From Eledone cirrhosa (taxonomy: Eukaryota), in NCBI GenBank assembly GCA_964016885.1, contig OZ024744.1, forward strand, positions 114,142,001-114,206,000: 64,000 bases of DNA, written 5' to 3'. The notes below the pieces were generated by a model, which had not been told where the DNA came from, did not search any database, and saw only the letters and a list, made by a program, of their open reading frames with translations. Shown in pieces: positions 26,801-39,700 of the stretch; position 1 is the first letter of the stretch, and each line of letters begins with the position of its first letter. Made by a program: the position numbers and the translations under genes.

Positions 26801-29800
26801 AGTGTTGGTGTCATGATAAAATACACCTAGTACAGTCTGCAAAGTGTTAGTGCTGGTGTAATGATAAAATACACCCAGTAGACCCTGTAAAGTGGTAGTG
26901 TTGGTGGCATGATAAAATACACCCAGTACACTCTGTAAAGTGGTAGTGTTGATGATATTTTAAATTACACCCAGTACACTCTGTAAAGTGATAGTGAGGG
27001 TGGCATAATAAAATACACTCAGTACACTCTGTTAAGTGGTAGTACTAGTGTCATGATAAAATACACACAGTACACTCTGTAAAGTGGTAGTGTTGGTGTC
27101 ATGATAGAATACACCCAGTACATTCTGTAAAGTGGTAGTGCTGGTGTCATGATAAAATACACACCCAGTACACTCTGTAAAGTACACTCTGTAAAGTACA
27201 CTCTGTAAAGTGGTAGTGCTGGTATCACAATAATATACACCCAGTACACTCTGTAAAGTGGTAGTGTTGGTGTCATGATAAAATACATCCAGTACACTCT
27301 GTAAAGTGGTAGTGTTGGTGTCATGATATAATACACCCAGTACACTCTGTAAAGTGGTAGTGTTGGTGTCACAATAATATACACCCAGTACACTCTGTAA
27401 AGTGGTAGTGTTTATGTCATAATATAATACACCCAGTACACTCTGTAAAGTGGTAGTGTTGGTGTCACAATAAAATACATCCAGTACATTCTGTAAAGTG
27501 GTTGTGTTGCTGTCATGATTAAATACACCTATTACACCCTGTAAAGTGGTAGTGTTGATGATAAGATAAATTACACTCAGTACACTCTGTAAAGTGGTAG
27601 TGTTGGTGTCACAATAAAATACACTCAGTGTATTCTGTAAGGTGGTAGTTTTGGTGTAATGATAAAATACACCTAGTACACTCTGTAAATTGGTAGTGCT
27701 GGTGTCATGATAAAATACACCCAGTACACTCTGTAAAGTGGTAGTGTTGAAGTCGTGATAAATTACACCCAGTTCACTCTGTAAAGTGGTAGTGTTGGTG
27801 CCATGATAAATTACACCCAGTACACTCTGTAAAGTGGTAGTGTTGATGATATTATAAATTACACCCAGTACACTCTGTAAAGTGATAGTGAGGGTGGCAT
27901 GATAAAATGCACTCAGTACACTCTGTAAAGTGGTAGTGGTGGTGTCATGATATAATGTACCAAGTACACTCTGTAAAGTGGTAGTGCTGGTGTCAATAAA
28001 ATAAACCTAGTACACTCTCTAAAGTGGTAGTGTTGGTGTCATGATAAAATACACCCAGTACACTCTGTAAAGAGGTAGTACTGGTCTCACAATAAAATAC
28101 ACCTAGTACACTCTGTAGTGTGGTAGTGTTGGTGTCATGATTTAGTATACCCAGTACACTCTGTAAAGTGGTAGCGTTGGTGTCATGATAAGATACACCC
28201 AGTACACTCTGTAAAGTGGTAGTGTTGGTGTCATGATATAATACACCCAGTACACTCTGTAGAGTGGTAGTGTTGGTGTCATGATAAAATACACCCAGTA
28301 CACTCTGTAAAGCGGTAGTGTTGGTGTCATGATAAAATACACCCAGTACACTCTGTAAAGTGGTAGTGTTGGTGTCATGATAAAATACACCCAGTACAAT
28401 CTGTAAAGTGGTAGCGTTGGTGTCATGATAAGATACACCCAGTACACTCTGTAAAGTGGTAGTGTTGGTGTCACAATAAAATACACCCAGTACACTCTGT
28501 AAAGTGGTAGTGCTGATATCATGATAAATTACACCCAGTACATTCTGTAAAGTGGTAGTACTGGTGTCATGATAAAATACACTCAATACACTCTGTAAAG
28601 TGGTAGTGTTGGTGTCATGATAAAATACACCCAGTACACTCTGTAAAGTGGTAGTGTTGGTGTCATGATAAATTACACCCAGTATACTCTGTAAAGTGGT
28701 AGTACTGGTGTTATGATAAAATACACTCAATACACTCTGTAAAGTGGTAGTGCTGGTGTCAAAATAAAATACACCTAGTGCACTCTGTAAGGTGGTAGTG
28801 TTGGTATCATGATATAATACACCCTGTACACTCTGTAATGTAGTAGTTTTGTTGTCATGATAAAATACACCCAGTATACTCTGTAAAGTGGTAGTGTTGG
28901 TGTCAAAATAAAATACACCCAGTACACTCTGTAAGGTGGTATTTTTGGTGTCATGATTTAATACACTCAGTACACTCTGTAAAGTGGTAGCGTTGGTGGC
29001 ATGATAAAATACACCCAGTACACTCTGTAAAGTGGTAGTGTTGGTGTCATGATAAAATACACCTAGTACAGTCTGCAAAGTGTTAGTGCTGGTGTAATGA
29101 TAAAATACACCCAGTAGACCCTGTAAAGTGGTAGTGTTGGTGGCATGATAAAATACACCCAGTACACTCTGTAAAGTGGTAGTGTTGATGATATTTTAAA
29201 TTACACCCAGTACACTCTGTAAAGTGATAGTGAGGGTGGCATAATAAAATACACTCAGTACACTCTGTTAAGTGGTAGTACTAGTGTCATGATAAAATAC
29301 ACACAGTACACTCTGTAAAGTGGTAGTGTTGGTGTCATGATAGAATACACCCAGTACATTCTGTAAAGTGGTAGTGCTGGTGTCATGATAAAATACACAC
29401 CCAGTACACTCTGTAAAGTACACTCTGTAAAGTGGTAGTGCTGGTATCACAATAATATACACCCAGTACACTCTGTAAAGTGGTAGTGTTGGTGTCATGA
29501 TAAAATACATCCAGTACACTCTGTAAAGTGGTAGTGTTGGTGTCATGATATAATACACCCAGTACACTCTGTAAAGTGGTAGTGTTGGTGTCACAATAAT
29601 ATACACCCAGTACACTCTGTAAAGTGGTAGTGTTTATGTCATAATATAATACACCCAGTACACTCTGTAAAGTGGTAGTGTTGGTGTCACAATAAAATAC
29701 ATCCAGTACATTCTGTAAAGTGGTTGTGTTGCTGTCATGATTAAATACACCTATTACACCCTGTAAAGTGGTAGTGTTGATGATAAGATAAATTACACTC

Positions 29801-31000
29801 AGTACACTCTGTAAAGTGGTAGTGTTGGTGTCACAATAAAATACACTCAGTGTATTCTGTAAGGTGGTAGTTTTGGTGTAATGATAAATTACACCCAGTA
29901 CACTCTGTAAAGTGGTAGTGTTGGTGCCATGATAAATTACACCCAGTACACTCTGTAAAGTGGTAGTGTTGATGATATTATAAATTACACCCAGTACACT
30001 CTGTAAAGTGATAGTGAGGGTGGCATGATAAAATGCACTCAGTACACTCTGTAAAGTGGTAGTGGTGGTGTCATGATATAATACACCAAGTACACTCTGT
30101 AAAGTGGTAGTGCTGGTGTCAATAAAATAAACCTAGTACACTCTCTAAAGTGGTAGTGTTGGTGTCATGATAAAATACACCCAGTACACTCTGTAAAGTG
30201 GTAGTACTGGTCTCACAATAAAATACACCTAGTACACTCTGTAGTGTGGTAGTGTTGGTGTCATGATTTAGTATACCCAGTACACTCTGTAAAGTGGTAG
30301 CGTTGGTGTCATGATAAGATACACCCAGTACACTCTGTAAAGTGGTAGTGTTGGTTTCATGATATAATACACCCAGTACACTCTGTAGAGTGGTAGTGTT
30401 GGTGTCATGATAAAATACACCCAGTACACTCTGTAAAGTGGTAGTGTTGGTGTCATGATAAAATACACCCAGTACAATCTGTAAAGTGGTAGCGTTGGTG
30501 TCATGATAAGATACACCCAGTACACTCTGTAAAGTGGTAGTGTTGGTGTCACAATAAAATACACCCAGTACACTCTGTAAAGTGGTAGTGTTGATATCAT
30601 GATAAATTACACCCAGTACATTCTGTAAAGTGGTAGTACTGGTGTCATGATAAAATACACTCAATACACTCTGTAAAGTGGTAGTGTTGGTGTCATGATA
30701 AAATACACCCAGTACACTCTGTAAAGTGGTAGTGTTGGTGTCATGATAAATTACACCCAGTACACTCTGTAAAGTGGTAGTACTGGTGTTATGATAAAAT
30801 ACACTCAATACACTCTGTAAAGTGGTAGTGTTGGTGTCATGATAAAATACACCTAGTACACTCTGTAAAGTGGTAGTGTTGGTGACATGATAAAATACAC
30901 CCAGTATACTCTGTAAAGTGGTAGTGTTGGTGTCAGGATAAAATACACCCAGTTCACTCTGTAATGTGGTAGTGTTGGTGTCATGATAAAATCCACCCAG
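20886..31000. repeat. 48-bp satellite, about 10 kb, with higher-order structure
   Basis: Unit ctgtaaagtggtagtgttggtgtcatgataaaatacacccagtacact. Confidence 0.97.
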
Positions 31001-31076
31001 CTTAATATCAAGAAAGATATTTAAATATCATAGCCTTCCATGTCTTTCATTAGAAATATTATAAAAGAAGGGTTAA

Positions 31077-31282
31077 CCCTTTACCATTTACATTAATCTA
31101 CATTTACTTTGTATTTTCACCAAAACCCTTTACCACACATAATTATCTCACATAATATCGAATCTATGAGAATTTGATATTATTTATTTTTAGAACAATA
31201 CCTTAAAAGAAGTATGATCACCCAGTTATGGCTGGTTTGAACAGAACGGGGTGAGATAATTTTGGGCAGATATGCTAAAGGG
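31077..31282. mobile_element. piggyBac-like MITE
   Basis: TTAA|CCCTTTACCAT...ATGCTAAAGGG|TTAA. Confidence 0.6.
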
Positions 31283-31377
31283 TTAAAGACCAAATTGCTA
31301 TAAAAAAGAAAAACTAAATTACACAAAGAAATAAAAAATTTTATGATTAAAAAGATAACTTAGAATTGTTAACTTAC

Positions 31378-31454
31378 AACTCTGAAATAATTGGTAATTT
31401 CTGGTTAAAACCTCGTTTTCCATTCAACCAGTAAGTCTGCATCAAACCTTTACC
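31378..31454 (-). CDS. Guanylyl cyclase exon, end of the catalytic domain
   Basis: ttttag|GKGLMQTYWLNGKRGFNQKLPIISE|gtaagt; phase 0 matches the previous exon. Confidence 0.92.
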
Positions 31455-31547
31455 CTAAAATGGTTCCAAATATGAAAAAAAAAAATTATATACATATACA
31501 AATATAAGCAGGGAAAAGTGGACGTATGATGATGATGATGATGATGA

Positions 31548-31585
<38 letters not shown>

Positions 31586-31625
31586 GATATTAAACAAATG
31601 GAAACTATATTTATAAAACCATATT

Positions 31626-31691
31626 TATTTCATTATACATATTTCAGGGATACCATATTAAAAATATGGTATGCCTTCGTCAGATAAAATA
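31626..31691 (-). ncRNA. Minimal hammerhead ribozyme
   Basis: tattttat-CTGACGA-aggcataccatatttttaatatggtatccct-GAAA-tatgta-TA-atgaaata. Confidence 0.7.
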
Positions 31692-31849
31692 CAATATATA
31701 AACAGTTTTATAAATAATTTTGACGTACCATAATATAAGCGACCATTAAATTAGGAGGCAGCCTTGGTAGCTATCCGGGAGCTTCCAACAGTAATGGTCC
31801 CATTCTTTAAGGCTATGTCAATATTTATTTATAAAACTGATCTATATTA

Positions 31850-31914
31850 TATTTTATCTGATGAAAGCACACCATAATTTAACTTGGTGTCCTTGAAATA
31901 TGTATAATGAAATA
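31850..31914 (+). ncRNA. Minimal hammerhead ribozyme
   Basis: tattttat-CTGATGA-aagcacaccataatttaacttggtgtcctt-GAAA-tatgta-TA-atgaaata. Confidence 0.65.
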
Positions 31915-32043
31915 AATATGGTTTTATAAATATAGTTTCCATTTGTTAATATATCGTATTTTTACTCCAAATATTTGTTGAGTGCTTTATATCAGTTATA
32001 AAAATATTTGCTTGTTGTATCCCAATAATTTAAATAGATCTTC

Positions 32044-32124
<81 letters not shown>

Positions 32125-32555
32125 TATATATATAACTCTGTTAGGTTTCAGCCAGTATTGGTGTAGGCCATGTCTAACTTAATAACACCATCTGGCAAAG
32201 TCTTTCAAGTCAGGATTTGGGCACCATGGCCCACTCAAGTAGAGAAATATTGTTTATGGAGGCATATCCCGGTGTAGGAGGTTTATCTGGAATTTCTTGA
32301 AGGAATTTGTCCAAAGACTTCTTGAACTTTATGGGGTTTGTTTGTGTTTACAACCGTTTTGGTGTAATGTTAAAGAGAGCGGGGCCAATTGCGATGAAAT
32401 AATTGTGCCTTATTGTTGTTATGAGATATATATACAAATAAATAAATATATATATATACATATATACATACATATATATATATATATACATTAAGGGTGA
32501 AAGCAGAGGTTCATTGCTTAAACTTTAATCTGTTATTTTAATAAATATATATATA

Positions 32556-33387
32556 TCATCATCATCATCATCATTATCACCGATTTATGTTCGTTCTTCC
32601 ACGCTAGCATGGGTTAGACGGGTTGTCCTGTTGTGGGCAGTAGCCGGTCGGCCGACCTTGTCTTGCTCATACGGGAACTGATTCTGGCTTGATTTCTACA
32701 GCTGGATGCCCTTCCTAACACCAACTTCATTTACAGTGAGTGCTGGGCGCTTTTTCTCAGTGGCGCCTCCACGACCATTTTGCAATGGGAGGGTGTAGGT
32801 GCATATTGTCTATAAGCTTCAGTGTCGGCTTGTACCCGTGGGGGCTTGGGTCTCCTGTATTACTGCATGACGCCAGAGGTCATGGTCGTGTGTCATCGCC
32901 TTAGAGAGGTGTAATTGGGTAAGGTCGGCTTTTATCACCTTATCCCAGGTCTTCTTGGGTCTCCCCACTCCGCGGTTTCCATTGACTTCTAGTGCTTTGC
33001 ACCTTCTAATGCAGCTGTCAACCTTCATATGCATCACATGTCCATACCAATGCAACCGCCTCTCCTGTACATAGCATTTGATTCCTCTTATACTCAGTCA
33101 CTCTCTCAATTTGTTTATGCTTTGCCATTTGCATTGAGCATGCAGGCTTTCTAATCTACGCAAGTCTTCAACAGACAACACCCAGGTCTCACTACCATGT
33201 AACATTGCTGTTTGTATACACGCATCATGCAGTCTGACTTTCATTTTGAGGGAAAAGCCTTTTGCAGCTAGCAGTGGTAGTAGCCCCCTGAACTTCTTCC
33301 ATTCTGTTCTTACCCTGGTTATTGTACTTTCCGAACACCCACCTCCGCTGCTAATTTGGTCACCTAGGTAGCAGAAGCTGTCTACTA
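32556..33387 (-). mobile_element. RTE LINE 3' fragment
   Basis: Paralogous to 12340-13665; VDSFCYLGD, WYGHV, GRPKKTW; (TGA)n tail. Confidence 0.9.
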
Positions 33388-33463
33388 TATATATATATAA
33401 ATATATATGTCTTTTCTGAATTTGTTTAGCAAGATTCTTTATCTGAAAACGTGTGTTGAAACC

Positions 33464-33678
33464 GATATTGTTATACTTTGGGAGGGTCATCTTGCCAATA
33501 AGAAACACACACACCAGTTGCTTTCACTCCAATTAATTATAAATTAAAAAATTATAAAATAAAAAAAAAATTTTTTTATAAATTTTTAAATTTTAATTTT
33601 TAATATATAATAAATTGAAGTGAAAGCAACTGGTGTGTGTGTTTCTTATTGGCAACATGACCCTCCCAAAGTATAACA

Positions 33679-33681
<3 letters not shown>
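33464..33681. repeat. Fold-back element with ~70-bp inverted arms and an AT-rich loop
   Basis: atattgttatactttgggagggtcat...gttgctttcact and its reverse complement. Confidence 0.85.
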
Positions 33682-33709
<28 letters not shown>

Positions 33710-33929
33710 TTTCTTTTTTTTTTTTTAAAGAAAAGGATGACTTCACTACCAAGGATTTCACACATTTTCCAATAATGAATAAATAAATTTAAAAAAAAAT
33801 GATTTGTTTGCGATTATGCAAATCTGGCTGATCAGTGGATCTGTTAATATGCAGATCTGACTGATCAACCAGTCTACTAATATGCAAATCAGGCCGATCA
33901 GTCACTGTATATTTTAGAAAATAGCATAT

Positions 33930-35535
33930 ATTTTCACTAGCTCTGACAGTTGGCAGGTGAACAGTGAGCTGTACTGATGAAGGGGGATACCCAGAAACAT
34001 TAGTGTCTGCAGTTCTGTTCACGTGCCAAGGGACGCAATGTACGCACTCTCCACTTCCGCCCACCTTTCAATGATAGCTTCCTCGCAGCCCATTTTTGGG
34101 TGAGTCTGGCTACCCTGCTCGTTACCTCGTCCCAATACTTTTCCACCTGGAGGTCTGGTCCAAACCAAACCCTGAGCAACTTTACCGTTCCCTCCATCCA
34201 GTGCCCCACGACGCTGTTGGATGGCATGGACTTGCCTCTCCAGGTGACGAGCTGCAAGCCCACTGACTTTTTCGGGTTAAGTTTTGCTCCTGTCAAACTT
34301 TCATATTCCTCCAATAAGGTGCTGACCACTCGAATTCTGAGGTGTCCAACACCGTCACGGTGATGTCGTCCGCATAAGCTGACACAGCCTTTCCACATCC
34401 CAGTTCGAGAGGGATGCCCTGCAACAGCTCTAGCTTCCGCAGTAAAGGCTCGAGAGTCAATATGTACAGAAGGGAAGAGAGAGAGGACACCCTTGTCGAA
34501 GATCTGAAATGGTTACAAGAGGTGGCCATTAACTTTGACCAACAAGCAGGTGCCGCTGTGCATTGCAGTGATCCAGCTTCTGAAGATGGAGCTGAAGCCA
34601 GCTGCCTTGAGGACAGCCTCCAGATACCGATGGTCGACCCTATTGAATGCTTTTGATTGATATAAATTGATCAGTGCCCCACGAAGCCAGGTTTACAGCC
34701 GACCCTCTCTATGATGTATCGCATGAGGTGGAGATTGTTGTTTATGGATCTGGCTGGGATTGCGCAAGTTTGCACCTCCCCAACCAAATCCTCGACGACA
34801 AGCTCCATTCTCTTTGCTAACACCTTGGCCAAACTTAAACTCTGTGTTGAACAGAGTTATGGGCCTGAAGTTGTCTAATGTATCCCTCTTGTTCTCGTCT
34901 TTCCTCATCAGCTCACAGAACTGGGAATACTCCCATTCTGCTGCCAGTTGCAGTAGAGCGCTTCGAGGAGATCGGAGAACAAGTCTGGCATTTCATTTCA
35001 TTTCATTTCATTTCATTTTATGTCCGCTTTTCCCTGCTTGCAAGGGAGGGACGGGAACTGATTCTGGCTTGATTTCTACAGCTGGATGCCCTTCCTAACA
35101 CCAACCTCATTTACAGTGAGTGCTGGGTGCTTTATTTTCGTGGCGCCTACACATCCACTTTACAGTGGAATGATAGGGACCCCAGTCCTTATCATCTAAT
35201 TTCTACAGCTGAGTAAACTGTAGCAATGTGAAATAAAGTGTCTTGATCAAGGGAACAACACATCACCCAGTCCGAGAATTGAACTCACAACCTTTCGATT
35301 GCAAGGCCAATGCTCTAACCACTAAGCCATGTGCCTCCATATTTATGTAAAGCTCGTAGGCAGGCCATCCAAACCGGGTGACTTGCGCTTCATGCAGCTG
35401 ACAAGGGCATCCTGAATTTTGGCTGAAGTAATCAGCCTTTCGCAGCACTCAGCGTCGACCATCAAGATGCACAGCAAGCTGTCAAGGTAGGTACTGAAGT
35501 CAGCTACTGTCTCTGACCCGCCGCTCTTGTTCCTT
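33930..35535 (-). mobile_element. Degenerate L1/Tx1-like LINE RT fragment
   Basis: KSPGLDGLP, NFRPITLFNTEFK, LLYILTLEPLL, SAYADDIT, RKLSLKG. Confidence 0.85.
34989..35339 (-). mobile_element. SINE family A nested in the L1/Tx1-like RT
   Basis: Full head, core and tail; tail is (TGAAA)n rather than (TGA)n. Confidence 0.9.
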
Positions 35536-36225
35536 ATCACTGATATCTACATTGAAAAAATGCTTTGTTTTCGCTGCTGCTGCTGCTGCTGCTGCAAATG
35601 TGGCACCTCCATTGTTCTTGTTGTTGGTGTTGTTCTTGTTCTTGCTGTTGTCGTTGGTGTTGTTGCTCTTGTTGTTTTGTTTGTTGTTGCTGTTGTTACC
35701 GTTATTAGTGTATATATTGAAGCTGTTGGTGTTATTGTCGTTGTTTTTTCTGGGTTGTTGTTGTGGTGGTGGTGGTGGTAGTAGTGGTGGTGGTGGTGAT
35801 GTTGTTTTGAGATGGTACTGCTACTATCACAGAAGGAAGCGGTTGTGATGGTAACTCTTGTGTTTTGTTTTTACATTCAGCGGAGTGGACGACAGACATG
35901 TCTGTAGTAGTAGTAGTAGTAGTTGTGGTGGGAGCTATAGTGGCTGTTTTTGACCTTTTGACCTGTATGTTGTTTACTGTTTCAAGGTCGAAGATTTCCA
36001 TATTTTTTTGTGGGGGAAACGATTTTTTTGACGTTTTTAAAAATAAATCTGAATATTCGGACTTAAAGCCCGAATATTGAGAAGTCTCCCTTCCTTGGAA
36101 CCAAGGTGGGTACCTTATGCTTCGTTATCGACAATAATAATAGTAGTAGTAGTAGTAGTAGTAGTAGTAATAGTTGCAATGGTGAGTGGATAGAGTTGTA
36201 AAATAGTAATGACAATAATAATAGG

Positions 36226-36400
36226 TGTTTCTACTTTTGGCACAAGGCCAGCAATTATCCCAGTGTATTACTGGTACTTTATTTTATCGACCCCCGAAAG
36301 GATGAAAGGCAAAGTTAACCTCGGCGGGATTTGAACTGAGTCTGTAAAGGCACGTAACTCCATGCTGCAAAGCATGGTGTCTGACCCTTTACTGATACTG
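36226..36400 (-). mobile_element. SINE family B
   Basis: Matches 20419-20590. Confidence 0.75.
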
Positions 36401-36735
36401 CCAATCCACCACCTAAATGACAATAATAACATGGAAAAAGTGGGGAAAATGGTATGAAGAGATATGATAAGCAAGATACTGGTCAGTCATAAAATGGTGT
36501 ATTGGCACCATTCCAATTAAGTGGGGTAAACTGATGAATTGGTGAAATAAAGAATAAAAAGGAATAAAAAATAATAAAAGATTAAAATAAAAAATTAAAA
36601 TAAAAGAATAAGAGATAAAAAATAAAGAATAAAGTATAAAAAAAAACAACCCCAAATCAAAAAATAATAGAGAATAAAAAGTAAAAAGACAATAATAAAA
36701 GATGATTAATATTGGGGTAGTTTGAAGGTATCTTA

Positions 36736-39700
36736 ATGGAGGTGTCGATATGGTAGTGTATGAGAGGGGGTGTCTATAAGGTAGTGTATGAGAGGGGGTG
36801 TCTATATAGTAGTGTATGACAGGAGGTGTCTATAAGGTAGTGTATGACAGGAGGTGTCTATAAGGTAGTGTATGACAGGAGGTGTCTATAAGGTACTGTA
36901 TGAGAGGGGGTGTCTATAAGGTAGTGTATGACAGGAGGTGTCTACAAGGTAGTGTATGACAGGAGGTGTCTATATGGTAGTGTATGACAGGAGGTGTCTA
37001 TATGGTAGTGTATGACAGGAGGTGTCTATAAGGTAGTGTATGACAGGAGGTGTCTATAAGGTAGTGTATGACAGGAGGTGTCTATAAGGTAGTGTATGAG
37101 AGGGGGTGTCTATATAGTAGTGTATGACAGGAGGTGTCTATATGGTAGTGTATGACAGGAGGTGTCTATAAGGTAGTGTATGACAGGAGGTGTCTATAAG
37201 GTAGTGTATGACAGGAGGTGTCTATAAGGTAGTGTATGACAGGAGGTGTCTATAAGGTAGTGTATGACAGGAGGTGTCTATAAGGTAGTGTATGAGAGGG
37301 GGTGTCTATATAGTAGTGTATGACAGGAGGTGTCTATATGGTAGTGTATGACAGGAGGTGTCTATAAGGTAGTGTATGACAGGAGGTGTCTATAAGGTAG
37401 TGTATGACAGGAGGTGTCTATAAGGTAGTGTATGACAGGAGGTGTCTACAAGGTAGTGTATGACAGGAGGTGTCTATATGGTAGTGTATGACAGGAGGTG
37501 TCTATATGGTAGTGTATGACAGGAGGTGTCTATAAGGTAGTGTATGACAGGAGGTGTCTATAAGGTAGTGTATGACAGGAGGTGTCTATATGGTAGTGTA
37601 TGACAGGAGGTGTCTATAAGGTAGTGTATGAGAGGGGGTGTCTATATAGTAGTGTATGACAGGAGGTGTCTATATGGTAGTGTATGACAGGAGGTGTCTA
37701 TAAGGTAGTGTATGACAGGAGGTGTCTATAAGGTAGTGTATGACAGGAGGTGTCTATAAGGTAGTGTATGACAGGAGGTGTCTACAAGGTAGTGTATGAC
37801 AGGAGGTGTCTATATGGTAGTGTATGACAGGAGGTGTCTATATGGTAGTGTATGACAGGAGGTGTCTATAAGGTAGTGTATGACAGGAGGTGTCTATAAG
37901 GTAGTGTATGACAGGAGGTGTCTATAAGGTAGTGTATGACAGGAGGTGTCTATAAGGTAGTGTATGAGAGGGGGTGTCTATATAGTAGTGTATGACATGA
38001 GGTGTCTATATGGTAGTGTATGACAGGGGGTGTCTATAAGGTAGTGTATGACAGGAGGTGTCTATAAGGTAGTGTATGACAGGAGGTGTCTATAAGGTAC
38101 TGTATGAGAGGGGGTGTCTATAAGGTAGTGTATGACAGGAGGTGTCTATAAGGTAGTGTATGAGAGATGTCTATATAGTAGTGTATGACAGGAGGTGTCT
38201 ATATGGTAGTGTATGACAGGAGGTGTCTATAAGATAGTGTATGAGAGGGGGTGTCTATAAGGTAGTGTATGAGAGGGGGTGTCTATATAGTAGTGTATGA
38301 CAGGAGGTGTCTATATGGTAGTGTATGACAGGAGGTGACTATAAGGTAGTGTATGACAGGAGGTGTCTATAAGGTAGTGTATGACAGGAGGTGTCTATAA
38401 GGTAGTGTATGACAGGAGGTGTCTATAAGGTAGTGTATGACAGGAGGTGTCTATAAGGTAGTGTATGACAGGAGGTGTCTATAAGGTAGTGTATGACAGG
38501 GGGTGTCTATATGGTAGTGTATGACAGGAGGTGTCTATAAGGTAGTGTATGACAGGAGGTGTCTATAAGGTAGTGTATGACAGGAAGTGTCTATATGGTA
38601 GTGTATGACAGGAGGTGTCTATAAGGTAGTGTATGAGAGGGGGTGTCTATAAGGTAGTGTATGACAGGAGGTGTCTATAAGGTAGTGTATGAGAGATGTC
38701 TATATAGTAGTGTATGACAGGAGGTGTCTATATGGTAGTGTATGACAGGAGGTGTCTATAAGGTAGTGTATGACAGGAGGTGTCTATAAGGTAGTGTATG
38801 AGAGGGGGTGTCTATAAGGTAGTGTATGAGAGGGGGTGTCTATATAGTAGTGTATGACAGGAGGTGTCTATATGGTAGTGTATGACAGGAGGTGTCTATA
38901 AGGTAGTGTATGACAGGAGGTGTCTATAAGGTAGTGTATGACAGGAGGTGTCTATAAGGTAGTGTATGACAGGAGGTGTCTATAAGGTAGTGTATGAGAG
39001 GGGGTGTCTATATAGTAGTGTATGACAGGAGGTGTCTATATGGTAGTGTATGACAGGAGGTGTCTATAAGGTAGTGTATGACAGGAGGTGTCTATAAGGT
39101 AGTGTATGACAGGAGGTGTCTATAAGGTAGTGTATGACAGGAGGTGTCTATATGGTAGTGTATGACAGGAGGTGTCTATAAGGTAGTGTATGACAGGAGG
39201 TGTCTATAAGGTAGTGTATGACAGGAGGTGTCTACAAGGTAGTGTATGACAGGAGGTGTATATAAGGTAGTGTATGACAGGAGGTGTCTATAAGGTAGTG
39301 TATGACAGGAGGTGTCTATATGGTAGTGTATGACAGGAGGTGTCTATAAGGTAGTGTATGACAGGAGGTGTCTATAAGGTAGTGTATGACAGGAGGTGTC
39401 TATAAGGTAGTGTATGACAGGAGGTGTCTATAAGGTAGTGTATGAAGGAGGTGTCTATAAGGTAGTGTATGACAGGAGGTGTCTATAAGGTAGTGTATGA
39501 CAGGAGGTGTCTATAAGGTTGTGTATGACAGGAGGTGTCTATAAGGTAGTGTATGACAGGAGGTGTCTATAAGGTAGTGTATGACAGGAGGTGTCTATAA
39601 GGTAGTGTATGACAGGAGGTGTCTATAAGGTAGTGTATGACAGGAGGTGTCTATATGGTAGTGTATGACAAGAGGTGTCTATAAGGTAGTGTATGACAGG

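Larger units (their letters stand above)
31585..32040. mobile_element. Inverted pair of diverged PLE pLTRs between (TA)n tracts
   Basis: 31585-31730 and 31815-31955 are imperfect reverse complements; 31955-32040 matches 1220-1300 reversed. Confidence 0.8.

Noticed and set aside
25757-30808. 361-aa and 229-aa repetitive ORFs
   Set aside because: A 48-bp unit keeps frame by chance; intronic satellite with no splice support
36528-36548. CTGATGAattggtGAAA on the plus strand
   Set aside because: No convincing stem I or stem III
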